64,000 nt of DNA from Candidatus Kerfeldbacteria bacterium (GTDB lineage Bacteria; Patescibacteriota; Patescibacteriia; UBA10025; JAHIVO01), in the NCBI GenBank assembly GCA_016214565.1, contig JACROE010000002.1:536007-600006 (forward strand). Direction: 5' to 3'. The position numbers and the translations under genes are program-made. The notes beneath the pieces were generated by a model. That model was not told where the DNA came from and made no database searches. It was given only the letters and a program-made list of their open reading frames with translations. The number at the start of each line of letters is the position of its first letter. Positions within the stretch are counted from its first letter, which is position 1. Below, piece by piece: positions 56,583 to 64,000 of this stretch.

Positions 56583-57629
56583 ATGAGTTTTTCTATTGGC
56601 ATAGTTGGGCTGCCCAACGTCGGCAAATCAACCCTCTTTACCGCATTAACGAAAAAACAAGTTGATGCGGCGAATTATCCATTCTGTACGATTGATCCCA
56701 ATGTCGGAACCGTGCCCGTGCCGGATGAACGATTGGGCAAATTAGCTGCGGTGTATAATTCCGCTAAAGTGATTCCGACCGTGATTGAATTTGTGGATAT
56801 CGCTGGACTGGTGGCTGGCGCGCACAAGGGCGAGGGATTAGGCAATAAGTTTCTCTCTCATATACGTGAAGTGGACGCTATCTGTCAGGTAGTACGGGAA
56901 TTTTCAGATGCGAATGTGATCCACGTGGGTGGTCGAGTCGATCCTGAGTCTGACAAGCAGATTATTAATACCGAATTGATTTTTGCTGACCTGGCCACGG
57001 TGGAGCAGCGCCTGCATGATGTCCAGCCAAAAGCCCGCAGTGGCGACAAGGAAGCCGTGGCGCAACTCGCGACATTACAAAAAGTGCAGCAGCTGTTAGA
57101 TGGCGGCACGGTATTATCACAGGCAGGCCTGACTGATGATGAGCGCATGGTGCTTCGCGATCTCCATTTATTGACCCTGAAACCCATGCTGTACGTCTTG
57201 AACGTGGCGGAAAACGAAGTAACTAAATCATCACCCGGGCAGCTGGTTATTTCCGCTAAACTAGAATCCGAGCTGGTCGGCATGCCTGAGGTAGAAGCGC
57301 GAGAATATTTGAATAGCGTGGGCATGAAGGAAACCGGCCTTGATCGCCTCATTCGCGCCGCCTATGATTTGCTTGGTTTGATTACGTTTTTTACGGCAGG
57401 ACCGACAGAGACGCGCGCATGGACAATTCCGCGTGGAGCCACCGCTCCCCAGGCAGGCAGCGCCATTCACACTGATTTTGAGGAGAAATTTATTCGTGCC
57501 GAAGTCACCCCTTGGCAGGATATCGTGGAGTGCGGTGGGGAAGTCAAAGCCAAAGAATTGGGGAAAGTTCGCACCGAAGGCAAGGAATATGTGGTGCAAG
57601 ACGGGGATACGATCTACTTCCGCATTTGA
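56583..57629 (+). CDS. ychF: ribosome-binding ATPase YchF (Obg-family GTPase)
   Basis: IGIVGLPNVGKSTLFTALT G1, DIAGLV G3, NxxE variant, and the C-terminal TGS-like domain. Confidence 0.9.
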   Translation: MSFSIGIVGLPNVGKSTLFTALTKKQVDAANYPFCTIDPNVGTVPVPDERLGKLAAVYNSAKVIPTVIEFVDIAGLVAGAHKGEGLGNKFLSHIREVDAICQVVREFSDANVIHVGGRVDPESDKQIINTELIFADLATVEQRLHDVQPKARSGDKEAVAQLATLQKVQQLLDGGTVLSQAGLTDDERMVLRDLHLLTLKPMLYVLNVAENEVTKSSPGQLVISAKLESELVGMPEVEAREYLNSVGMKETGLDRLIRAAYDLLGLITFFTAGPTETRAWTIPRGATAPQAGSAIHTDFEEKFIRAEVTPWQDIVECGGEVKAKELGKVRTEGKEYVVQDGDTIYFRI

Positions 57630-58101
57630 TTTTCCGCTCAGAGGGTCTATACTAAAGACAGAATTGAATAAGGCACGGTCATTAACAAACCAGCCTGTCC
57701 CCTAGAGACAAGGAAGGAGTTTATTATTTTGTGTAAACGAGCAATCGGTGATAATCGCACGAATTACGCGAGATTTCAAACTCGTTTATTACAGCTGCTG
57801 AAGGCCAAATTGGCAGCAGCTTCACGTCACCCCATAACCACGAACGAAAGGAGGAGCAGGTGAAGGGAACTTCATCTTTTGGCATCATGCACACCAATAA
57901 TCGTACGTGAAAGGAGGTGATGGGCGTTTGACCCAAATCAGGGAGTCCGCCGTCATCGGTGCACTTCCGCCTGCGGGGGCCGTAACGGATTCCCCGCCCT
58001 GGAGTATCGGCCAGTAGTGCCGAATCCAATATGCTCCTTGGAATGAATGGAGGTGATTATTTTCTCGGATGTATTTGAGTAGCGACAGAGAAGCCGGAGT
58101 C
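57630..58101 (+). other. 470-bp non-coding-looking region between convergent genes: three tandem SD-like motifs (AAAGGAGGAG, AAAGGAGGTGAT, ATGGAGGTGAT), a cascade of overlapping tiny ORFs, several hairpins; candidate sRNA/leader of unknown function
   Basis: No ORF over 45 codons with coding-like composition on the + strand. Ends in an intrinsic terminator. See findings. Confidence 0.3.
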
Positions 58102-58122
58102 TTATACAGACCTCGGCTTTTT
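58091..58122. terminator. intrinsic terminator (AAGCCGGAG...CTCGGCTT followed by TTTTATATT), overlaps the last codons of the minus-strand methyltransferase gene; probably bidirectional
   Basis: Hairpin followed by T-run on the + strand and by A-run/T-rich on the - strand. Confidence 0.55.
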
Positions 58123-59352
58123 ATATTCAAAGAGAAATAGTTCGCGCTCCACGCGCTGGCCCTCACGATGGTAAATGAGGGAGCCGCGGGCGGTTGGCCC
58201 AACTTTGGTGAAGAGACTGACACGATCCGGGATTGGCGACAGCCGTTCGAAACCCATGGCTTGGAGTGTTTCGAGTATTTTGAGCGAATAAATTCCGTGT
58301 CGCGTCTTGAAGAGCGGGAACACGATGACGATGCGGCCGTGGTATTTCAGGATTTGGGCGAAAGCGCGGAAGGCGGACAGGTAGAGCGATTCTAGTTCCT
58401 GGATAATGGTCAGCATCTCGATGACTTCTGGTTCCTGGCGAATGGGCGGGCCGAGATACGGCTCGGTGACGATGGCATCAATTGAGTCAATCGGCATGTG
58501 CTGGGCGAGCGTCGCTACATCCACGACGCTGAATGACGCCGCGCCTTTGAGTTGGGGGTAGCGCTTGTGCAGCCAGCGAACATTTTCGGTCGAGTCCGCG
58601 ATGGCTTTTTCGCTGATGTCCGACCCGATCACATCTTGCCAGCCGAGCAGGAGACTTTCCTGGATGATGGTGCCTGAGCCGCAGAAGGGGTCGAGCAATT
58701 TTTGGTCAGGATGAGCTCCGCTCACATTCAGCATTATCTTCGCCAGTTTCGGCGGCAGCATGCCCGATCGAGCGTCGCGCTGTGGGCGGTCATAGTCGCG
58801 CTGGGAATAATCCTCGAAATCCTGCACTGCGGCCGTCACGCCAATATAGCAGGCATGGACGCCCATGATGATCAGTATTTCCGCGCCGCGCTCAATCAAA
58901 TAATTTTTAGTTACCTGGACGCTTGAGAGCGGGCCGTCGGTATTCATGACCAACCGTGCTGACACGTTCTCTTTTTGCAAAGATTTTTTCAGGCTTAAGC
59001 CCAGTTTATTCAGGGCGTCTCGGTATTGGTGGGATTGTTGGCCATAGAGCGAAATGCCGAAATTGACTTTGCGTTTGTCCTGGGCGAAGACGTGCTGACG
59101 GAGGAACGTCGGGGTCAACAGGAACATGATTTCGTCCATATTTGACCGCTCCTCAATGACCCGTCCGGACTTGATTAAGCCGCCGCATTGGCGCTGCCAG
59201 TCGGCGTAGTCGATGGGCTTGCCTGTGGTGATGATGGCTTGGCTCGTGATGTCGCGGATGGTCCCCGGCGCCCCTTGGCGCAGCTCAAATTGGCAGTATT
59301 CTGCCAAGGAGAGGATGGGATTATTACCGAAGATAAAGCAATGAGTTGCCAT
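58102..59352 (-). CDS. THUMP-domain RNA (guanine-N2)-methyltransferase (Trm11/TrmN/RlmL-like)
   Basis: N-terminal ferredoxin-like/THUMP region. MTase motif I LLDPFCGSGTIIQES (DPFCGSGT signature of UPF0020 m2G MTases). Motif IV VTEPYLGPP (D/NPPY-like). Confidence 0.75.
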   Translation of the reverse strand: MATHCFIFGNNPILSLAEYCQFELRQGAPGTIRDITSQAIITTGKPIDYADWQRQCGGLIKSGRVIEERSNMDEIMFLLTPTFLRQHVFAQDKRKVNFGISLYGQQSHQYRDALNKLGLSLKKSLQKENVSARLVMNTDGPLSSVQVTKNYLIERGAEILIIMGVHACYIGVTAAVQDFEDYSQRDYDRPQRDARSGMLPPKLAKIMLNVSGAHPDQKLLDPFCGSGTIIQESLLLGWQDVIGSDISEKAIADSTENVRWLHKRYPQLKGAASFSVVDVATLAQHMPIDSIDAIVTEPYLGPPIRQEPEVIEMLTIIQELESLYLSAFRAFAQILKYHGRIVIVFPLFKTRHGIYSLKILETLQAMGFERLSPIPDRVSLFTKVGPTARGSLIYHREGQRVERELFLFEYKKPRSV

Positions 59353-59502
59353 AGTTGTTTCTGTAGTATACCAGGTAATTCCACCCTCTGCCTAACTGGG
59401 CGGGGGATGCCTTGACGGGGCTGGGCAATCCTGGTAAGCTTGACTCTGCTTAATATATTGCACGCGGGCATGAGCCACGGGTGCACATTAAAGACCATAT
59501 AT

Positions 59503-60015
59503 ATGAGCCAATTTTACGACATGTTATATATTATTCCCGCAGGTTTGGGCGATGACGCTCAGGCTGCTTTTATGCAGCGCGTGGCAGACACGCTGACTAA
59601 GGCGGGCGGCCAGATGGTTACCCATCAGGTATGGCAGAGCCGAACTTTTGCCTATCCGATCAAGAAAGCCCGCCAGGGAGTGTATATTGTGGCGGAATTT
59701 GATCTGGAGACGGAAAATCTGAAAACATTTGAACGTGAGATTCGCCTGATGCCTGACGTGATTCGATTCATGATAGTGCGCAAGGTGAAGAAAACGGCTG
59801 AACAGCTCGAGGAAGAGAAGCGCTTCCGCGAGAAGATTAATGAGCGCAAAGTGCACAAGGCCCACGTGGCTGCGGCCGCCGCTCAAGAGAAAGAAAAGAA
59901 GAAGATTGAGGAAACTGCCGCCGCTCAGCCGACCAAAGAAACGCCCAAAGTCAGCCTCGAAGAACTCGACAAAAAGCTCGACGAGCTCTTGAGCGATGAT
60001 AACATTGATACATAA
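59503..60015 (+). CDS. rpsF: 30S ribosomal protein S6 with Lys/Glu-rich C-terminal extension
   Basis: MSQFYDMLYIIPAGL..RTFAYPIKKARQGVYIVAEFD..IRFMIV S6 fold, followed by ~70 aa of KE-rich tail. Conserved rpsF-ssb-rpsR order. Confidence 0.85.
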   Translation: MSQFYDMLYIIPAGLGDDAQAAFMQRVADTLTKAGGQMVTHQVWQSRTFAYPIKKARQGVYIVAEFDLETENLKTFEREIRLMPDVIRFMIVRKVKKTAEQLEEEKRFREKINERKVHKAHVAAAAAQEKEKKKIEETAAAQPTKETPKVSLEELDKKLDELLSDDNIDT

Positions 60016-60027
60016 GGAATTACGATT

Positions 60028-60474
60028 ATGGCAATGAATCTCAATAAAGTCATGCTCATCGGCAATATCACCCGCGACCCTGAAGTGCGGGCAACGCCGA
60101 CCGGCCAATCCGTAGCGTCATTTAGCGTCGCTACCAATCGCCGCTGGAAAGACCAGAGCGGCCAAACCAAAGAGCAAGTCGAATATCATAATATTGTTGC
60201 TTGGCGGAAACTGGCTGACATCGTTGGCCAATATGTGAAGAAGGGTACCAAAGTGTACGTCGAAGGTCGCCTGCAGACTCGTTCCTGGGATGACCAGAGC
60301 GGTACGAAGCGCTATCGCACAGAAATTATCGCCGAGAACCTAATTATGCTTGATCGTGCTGGCGCCAGCGCTGGTGCCTCATCTGCGCCGTCCGATTCCC
60401 CCGCCCCAGAACAGTCTGCCGCTCCGGCACCTGCGCCAGAACCCGAGATCAATGTAGAAGATATCCCATTTTAA
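60028..60474 (+). CDS. ssb: single-stranded DNA-binding protein
   Basis: MNLNKVMLIGNITRDPEVRATPTGQSVASFSVATNRRWKD OB fold. Acidic C-terminal tip DIPF. Confidence 0.93.
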   Translation: MAMNLNKVMLIGNITRDPEVRATPTGQSVASFSVATNRRWKDQSGQTKEQVEYHNIVAWRKLADIVGQYVKKGTKVYVEGRLQTRSWDDQSGTKRYRTEIIAENLIMLDRAGASAGASSAPSDSPAPEQSAAPAPAPEPEINVEDIPF

Positions 60475-60477
60475 TAT

Positions 60478-60711
60478 ATGCATACACCTCAAACACCCAA
60501 AGTTGTCACTCAAAAAGATTGCTACTTCTGTATCAACGGCTTAACTGACGTCGAGTACCGCGATACGGATGTGATGAAGAAATTTCTATCTTCATACGCT
60601 AAGATTTTACCTCGGAAAAAGACCGGTATCTGTGCTAAGCATCAGCGCAAACTGTCCCAAGCAGTGAAGCGCGCTCGCTTCATGGCGCTGGTCCAGTTCA
60701 CCACGCGCTAA
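60478..60711 (+). CDS. rpsR: 30S ribosomal protein S18
   Basis: CYFCINGLTDVEYRDTDVMKKFLSSYAKILPRKKTGICAKHQRKLSQAVKRARFMALV. Confidence 0.93.
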   Translation: MHTPQTPKVVTQKDCYFCINGLTDVEYRDTDVMKKFLSSYAKILPRKKTGICAKHQRKLSQAVKRARFMALVQFTTR

Positions 60712-60712
60712 C

Positions 60713-61273
60713 ATGTTTGCCATCAACGACCTTAAATCCGGCCGCTACATCGTGCTCGACGGGGAACCCTTCGCGATCATTAAACATGAATTCTCGAAGA
60801 TGGGCCGCGGGCAGGGCGTCATGCGCACCACGCTGCGCAATCTGAAAACCGGACAAACCCTGGAGCGGTCATTTAAAGGACAAGAGAAAGTTGACCCGGC
60901 GGACATCAGCCGCAGCAAGGCGAATTTCTTGTACGCCGAGGGCGATCAATATTTTTTCATGGATCAGTCGTCCTATGACCAGTTTTTTATTACCGCGCTG
61001 CAGCTTGGGGATAAGAAGGATTATTTGAAGGAAAATCTGGAGGTTGATGTATTGAATTTTAATAGCAATCCAATCGGCGTGGAAATCCCCACCAAGATTT
61101 CTTACAAAGTGACCCAGGCTGATCCTGGCGTGCGCGGGGACACTGCCCAGGGCGCAGTCATGAAAAAAGCCACCCTGGAGAATGGCCTGGAAGTAAACGT
61201 GCCACTCTTTATTTCGCAGGGCGACACCATCATTCTCAATACCGAATCAGGCGACTACGTGGGTAAGGCGTAG
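60713..61273 (+). CDS. efp: elongation factor P
   Basis: INDLKSGRYIVLDGEPFAIIKHEFSKMGRGQGVMRTTLRNLKTGQ with KPG-loop-like Lys region. 186 aa. Confidence 0.92.
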   Translation: MFAINDLKSGRYIVLDGEPFAIIKHEFSKMGRGQGVMRTTLRNLKTGQTLERSFKGQEKVDPADISRSKANFLYAEGDQYFFMDQSSYDQFFITALQLGDKKDYLKENLEVDVLNFNSNPIGVEIPTKISYKVTQADPGVRGDTAQGAVMKKATLENGLEVNVPLFISQGDTIILNTESGDYVGKA

Positions 61274-61335
61274 GGAGAGAAAATTACTAATTCATTAATT
61301 ACTAATTTCTAATTACGCTCCAATTGAGAAATTAG

Positions 61336-61734
61336 CTATTTGGTGTATGGCAGGATAAAATCCATGACAATCCCGACGAGTAGCGCCATGCCCGACAAGA
61401 CAAAAATAAAAATATAATTCCACCGTTCTTTCGACGAGCGGAGCGTACTGAAAATATATTGCATGGCTTGGCGATCTGCATCGGCGATAGGCAGAGTGTC
61501 GACTTTATTGGCCAAATCGTGCTCGGCAATGACCTTAGCTCGTTTTTCTGATACCTGGAACCGATGGATAAAATAGGCGACAAACCCGATGGTACCGACG
61601 TACCAGGCGATCTGTACCCAGATAGGGCTGTAGTAGTTCAATACCACGATTACCCGATAGGCGAAAGTGGCTATAATCCCAATCCAGAAAAAAAACAGCC
61701 GGATCGATTTTGAATGGGTGGTCAGGGGTTCCAT
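61336..61734 (-). CDS. small integral membrane protein (3-4 TM), hypothetical
   Basis: Start set at MEPLTTH so as not to overlap trpS. Hydrophobic helices. Confidence 0.5.
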   Translation of the reverse strand: MEPLTTHSKSIRLFFFWIGIIATFAYRVIVVLNYYSPIWVQIAWYVGTIGFVAYFIHRFQVSEKRAKVIAEHDLANKVDTLPIADADRQAMQYIFSTLRSSKERWNYIFIFVLSGMALLVGIVMDFILPYTK

Positions 61735-61744
61735 CAACTTTCGT

Positions 61745-62887
61745 TTAAGCAATCCCAATGGCATCCTTGATGGCCAGCAGGTTCTTCTGGGCGCGGCGAC
61801 GAGCCTGAAGGCTGCCATGTTTGAGAATTTCTTCCACTTTTTTCGGAGACTTGATCAGTTCGGCGCGCTTCTTCCGGAAGTCAGCCAGGTCTTGATTGGC
61901 GATGATGCGGTCAATCAGGATGTCTTTGAACACGGAGAATCGGACTTCGCCTGCCTGCATGGCGTCAATGAACTGCTTGCGGTCTTTTTTCTCCCCAAAG
62001 AGGTAGAGCAGCATGTAGATATTGAAATACGCCATGTAGGCCATGAATTTTGTCTCGCCTAGTTCGTTCTGCAGGTCCATCAGATCCTGTTCGCTGCGAA
62101 TAATCATGTCATCGGATTTGATGTCGTTGAATTCAGTATGCACTTCCTTATTGCGTTTGAGGAAGAGCCGCATCATGTCTTTCTCCGTACCGGTGGCGGT
62201 TACGGCCGATTTTATTTTCTTGCGGATGGTATCAGGTTCGTCCGAGAGCGCCAGGTAGGCTTTGGGCCCCAGGCTTTTACTCATTTTATGGGCAGGGTCG
62301 GTCAGGCTCATGATTTTCGGCGTGGGCGTCACTTTTGGCAATGGTTCGGGTAGGAGATTACCGTATCGCTTGTTGAATGCCCGGGCGATTTCGCGTGCCA
62401 GCTCGAGGTGTGCTAATTGATCTTGTCCGACCGGCACCAGCGTGGCGTGATACAGCAGAATGTCGGCGGCCATGAGCACCGGGTAGTCGAGCAAACCCAT
62501 GTTGATATTGTCTTTGAATTGGCTGGCTTTGTCTTTGAACGTCGGCACGCGCTCCAGCCACGAGACCGGCGTGACGCAATTGAGAATCCAGCCAAGCTCA
62601 GTATGCTCAGGCACCAGGGACTGCAGCATGATGGTGCTACGCTTGGGATCCAGGCCGGCGGCGAGGAAGTCCACGGTAGTATCAAAAATCCGCTGCTCGA
62701 GTTCGAGCGCTTTCGGCCCCTCCGTCAGCGCGTGGTAATCCACGATGGCGAAGACGCATTCATTTTGCTTATTATCCTGCAATTCAAGCCAGGAGCGGAT
62801 GGCACCGTAATAATTGCCGATATGTAGCTGGCCCGAGGGCTGGATGCCGGAAAAAACAATGGTTTTCATTGAGCTATCGTAGCACAA
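61745..62887 (-). CDS. trpS: tryptophan--tRNA ligase
   Basis: HIGH motif (GQLHIGNYYGA), KMSKS (HKMSKSLG), SGIQPSG N-terminus typical of TrpS. Confidence 0.9.
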   Translation of the reverse strand: MCYDSSMKTIVFSGIQPSGQLHIGNYYGAIRSWLELQDNKQNECVFAIVDYHALTEGPKALELEQRIFDTTVDFLAAGLDPKRSTIMLQSLVPEHTELGWILNCVTPVSWLERVPTFKDKASQFKDNINMGLLDYPVLMAADILLYHATLVPVGQDQLAHLELAREIARAFNKRYGNLLPEPLPKVTPTPKIMSLTDPAHKMSKSLGPKAYLALSDEPDTIRKKIKSAVTATGTEKDMMRLFLKRNKEVHTEFNDIKSDDMIIRSEQDLMDLQNELGETKFMAYMAYFNIYMLLYLFGEKKDRKQFIDAMQAGEVRFSVFKDILIDRIIANQDLADFRKKRAELIKSPKKVEEILKHGSLQARRRAQKNLLAIKDAIGIA

Positions 62888-62988
62888 ATCAGCGCAAAAT
62901 TCTACTTATTTGGGCGGTGGCGGCGTTGACACTCGGGTGTCGTTCTATTATTATCAAACAACGTTCTTTCGTATCCCAAGGAGGGAGC

Positions 62989-63348
62989 ATGTCAAATCAG
63001 ATGAAGCTGTATATGTTGTCGATTGTATGCGGCCTAGGTGCTTATTGGTGCGTAACGATGGGCGGTTGGTTCATGATACTCGGCATTCTGCTGGGACTTG
63101 CGTGCCTCGTTCTGTACGGGGTGTACATTGCTACAATTTTTGGGAAGATTACCCAGAGTATGGATCCTGCTCAGCGGCGATGCCTGGCGTGTCAGTCGCG
63201 CCATTATCTGGTGTATCCTCGCGGATCCCGATTTGGATTTATGTTTCCCGCTCGATTCGTGAAGCTGTCCATCACGGATTTCCAGTGCCAGGAATGCGGC
63301 ATGAAATGGACCGTCAAAGAAATCGACGAGCACGACGCTCAATCGTAA
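62989..63348 (+). CDS. membrane protein with C-terminal double CxxC zinc ribbon, hypothetical
   Basis: SD AAGGAGGGAG 3 nt before the ATG. Two TM helices. CLACQ...CQECG. Confidence 0.55.
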   Translation: MSNQMKLYMLSIVCGLGAYWCVTMGGWFMILGILLGLACLVLYGVYIATIFGKITQSMDPAQRRCLACQSRHYLVYPRGSRFGFMFPARFVKLSITDFQCQECGMKWTVKEIDEHDAQS

Positions 63349-63385
63349 CAAACGCCCTACGGCACACCACCCGTGCGGCGTTTTA

Positions 63386-63877
63386 TTATTGGAGTACGGG
63401 GTAGCGTTGCACCAGTTTGGTGCCGGTCCACCACTGGCCGAGACCAAGGGGCGCGCCAGCATTTGCATACGCCAGGCCGAGTAGTACGAGTATATATACG
63501 ATATGCTCGTCCATGAACGGGTTATGCTCCGGTGGCAGTGCCACTGACCAAAAGAGCAGCATCATGACGCTGCCGGCGTATCCGGCGATTCGTATACCTA
63601 CGCCGAAAAAGAGCGCCACACCGATCAAGATAAGGCCGAGCATATACAGCCAATCGACGATCGCGTTGCCCGCCAGGCTATGATAGAGCGATTCAAACGG
63701 TCCTGACGCGCCAAACTTCAAAAAACCGAGGGTGGGCGAGACGCCATCGAGCCATGATTTGCCTGCGGCTGTGGCGAACCCAAGGCCGAACAGTTTATCT
63801 AGAAATGCCCAGATGAAGATCCAGCCCATCCCAATGCGCAGCATGCCCCAGATGTATTTTTCTTTTGTGTATTTCAT
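63386..63877 (-). CDS. DoxX-family membrane protein
   Basis: IWGMLRIGMGWIFIWAFLDKLFG...4-TM pattern typical of DoxX/DoxD. Confidence 0.65.
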   Translation of the reverse strand: MKYTKEKYIWGMLRIGMGWIFIWAFLDKLFGLGFATAAGKSWLDGVSPTLGFLKFGASGPFESLYHSLAGNAIVDWLYMLGLILIGVALFFGVGIRIAGYAGSVMMLLFWSVALPPEHNPFMDEHIVYILVLLGLAYANAGAPLGLGQWWTGTKLVQRYPVLQ

Positions 63878-63889
63878 ATTAGCTACCAA

Positions 63890-64000
63890 AAAATTTCAAC
63901 GCCTCGTAGACGAAGAAAACCGGCCAGACGATTGCTTTCAGTACTCCCAGCACCCCCATCCAGAAATTCGGAGCTATGGAGATGTAGTAGATCGCCGCGC
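63890..64000 (-). CDS. C-terminal part of a membrane protein (partial, continues beyond the window end)
   Basis: Open frame to the window edge, ending ...AIVWPVFFVYEALKFFGS then a stop at 63890-63892. Confidence 0.4.

Noticed and set aside
57630-58122. RNase P RNA, tmRNA or SRP RNA in the long gene-free interval
   Set aside because: I could not find the CR-I/CR-V P4 strands (GGAAAGUCCGG / ACAGAANCCGGCUUA) in a pairing arrangement. The only CCGG-containing 3' segment forms the terminator stem itself. There is no tRNA-like 3' end (GGUUCGANUCC...ACCA) and no ANDENYALAA-type tag frame for tmRNA, and no GGAA-tetraloop/AGCAGC domain IV for SRP. An Infernal scan is still advisable.
1-64000. CRISPR arrays, transposases, integrases, phage genes
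   Set aside because: There are no direct-repeat/spacer arrays and no ORFs with DDE/tyrosine-recombinase/serine-recombinase motifs. The only mobile-element hint is the tRNA-like fragment at 18921..18970.

Overview
This 64-kb window is a compact chromosomal segment from a small-genome bacterium. GC is about 50%. Genes overlap by 1-4 nt, FemAB and Mur/MurI peptidoglycan genes are present, and many genes look leaderless. The gene content suggests a Gram-positive-type or CPR/Patescibacteria-like organism, but that is inference only. Recognisable housekeeping genes include an rpoD-like sigma factor, uvrB, malQ, ruvA, femAB-like, ispH, metK (behind a SAM-I riboswitch), cutA, rpoB, rpoC, ftsK, a rodZ-like gene, recA, murI, glmM/manB-like, glyA, folD, rsmE, ychF, rpsF-ssb-rpsR, efp and trpS. 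One tRNA-Arg(CCG) is present. I see no CRISPR array, rRNA, transposase or integrase. Accessory-looking content: (i) a 12-kb cell-surface locus (1..12852) with a tandem paralogous array of secreted proteins, a DUF916-like C-terminally anchored protein, a LysM/TSP3 protein, a large secreted protein and a small protein sharing a C-terminal two-tryptophan domain (possible WxL/Csc-like arrangement), and a sigma factor with an unusual N-terminus; (ii) a divergent Elp3 (radical-SAM/GNAT) plus Trm9-like methyltransferase pair, predicting a eukaryote/archaea-type (m)cm5U34 tRNA modification pathway; (iii) a minus-strand cassette of AstE/AspA-family zinc deacylase, an ATP-grasp-like ligase and a 61-aa DnaJ-CR-like zinc-finger mini-protein, with a long inverted repeat between the last two genes; (iv) a 470-bp non-coding region (57630..58101) with three tandem near-perfect Shine-Dalgarno motifs and tiny ORFs, ending in an intrinsic terminator; (v) a tRNA-like fragment next to tRNA-Arg. 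A recurring promoter architecture, TGnTATACT or TACAAT placed 5-10 nt upstream of the start codon, implies widespread leaderless mRNAs. All product calls come from by-eye motif recognition and no database search was run.
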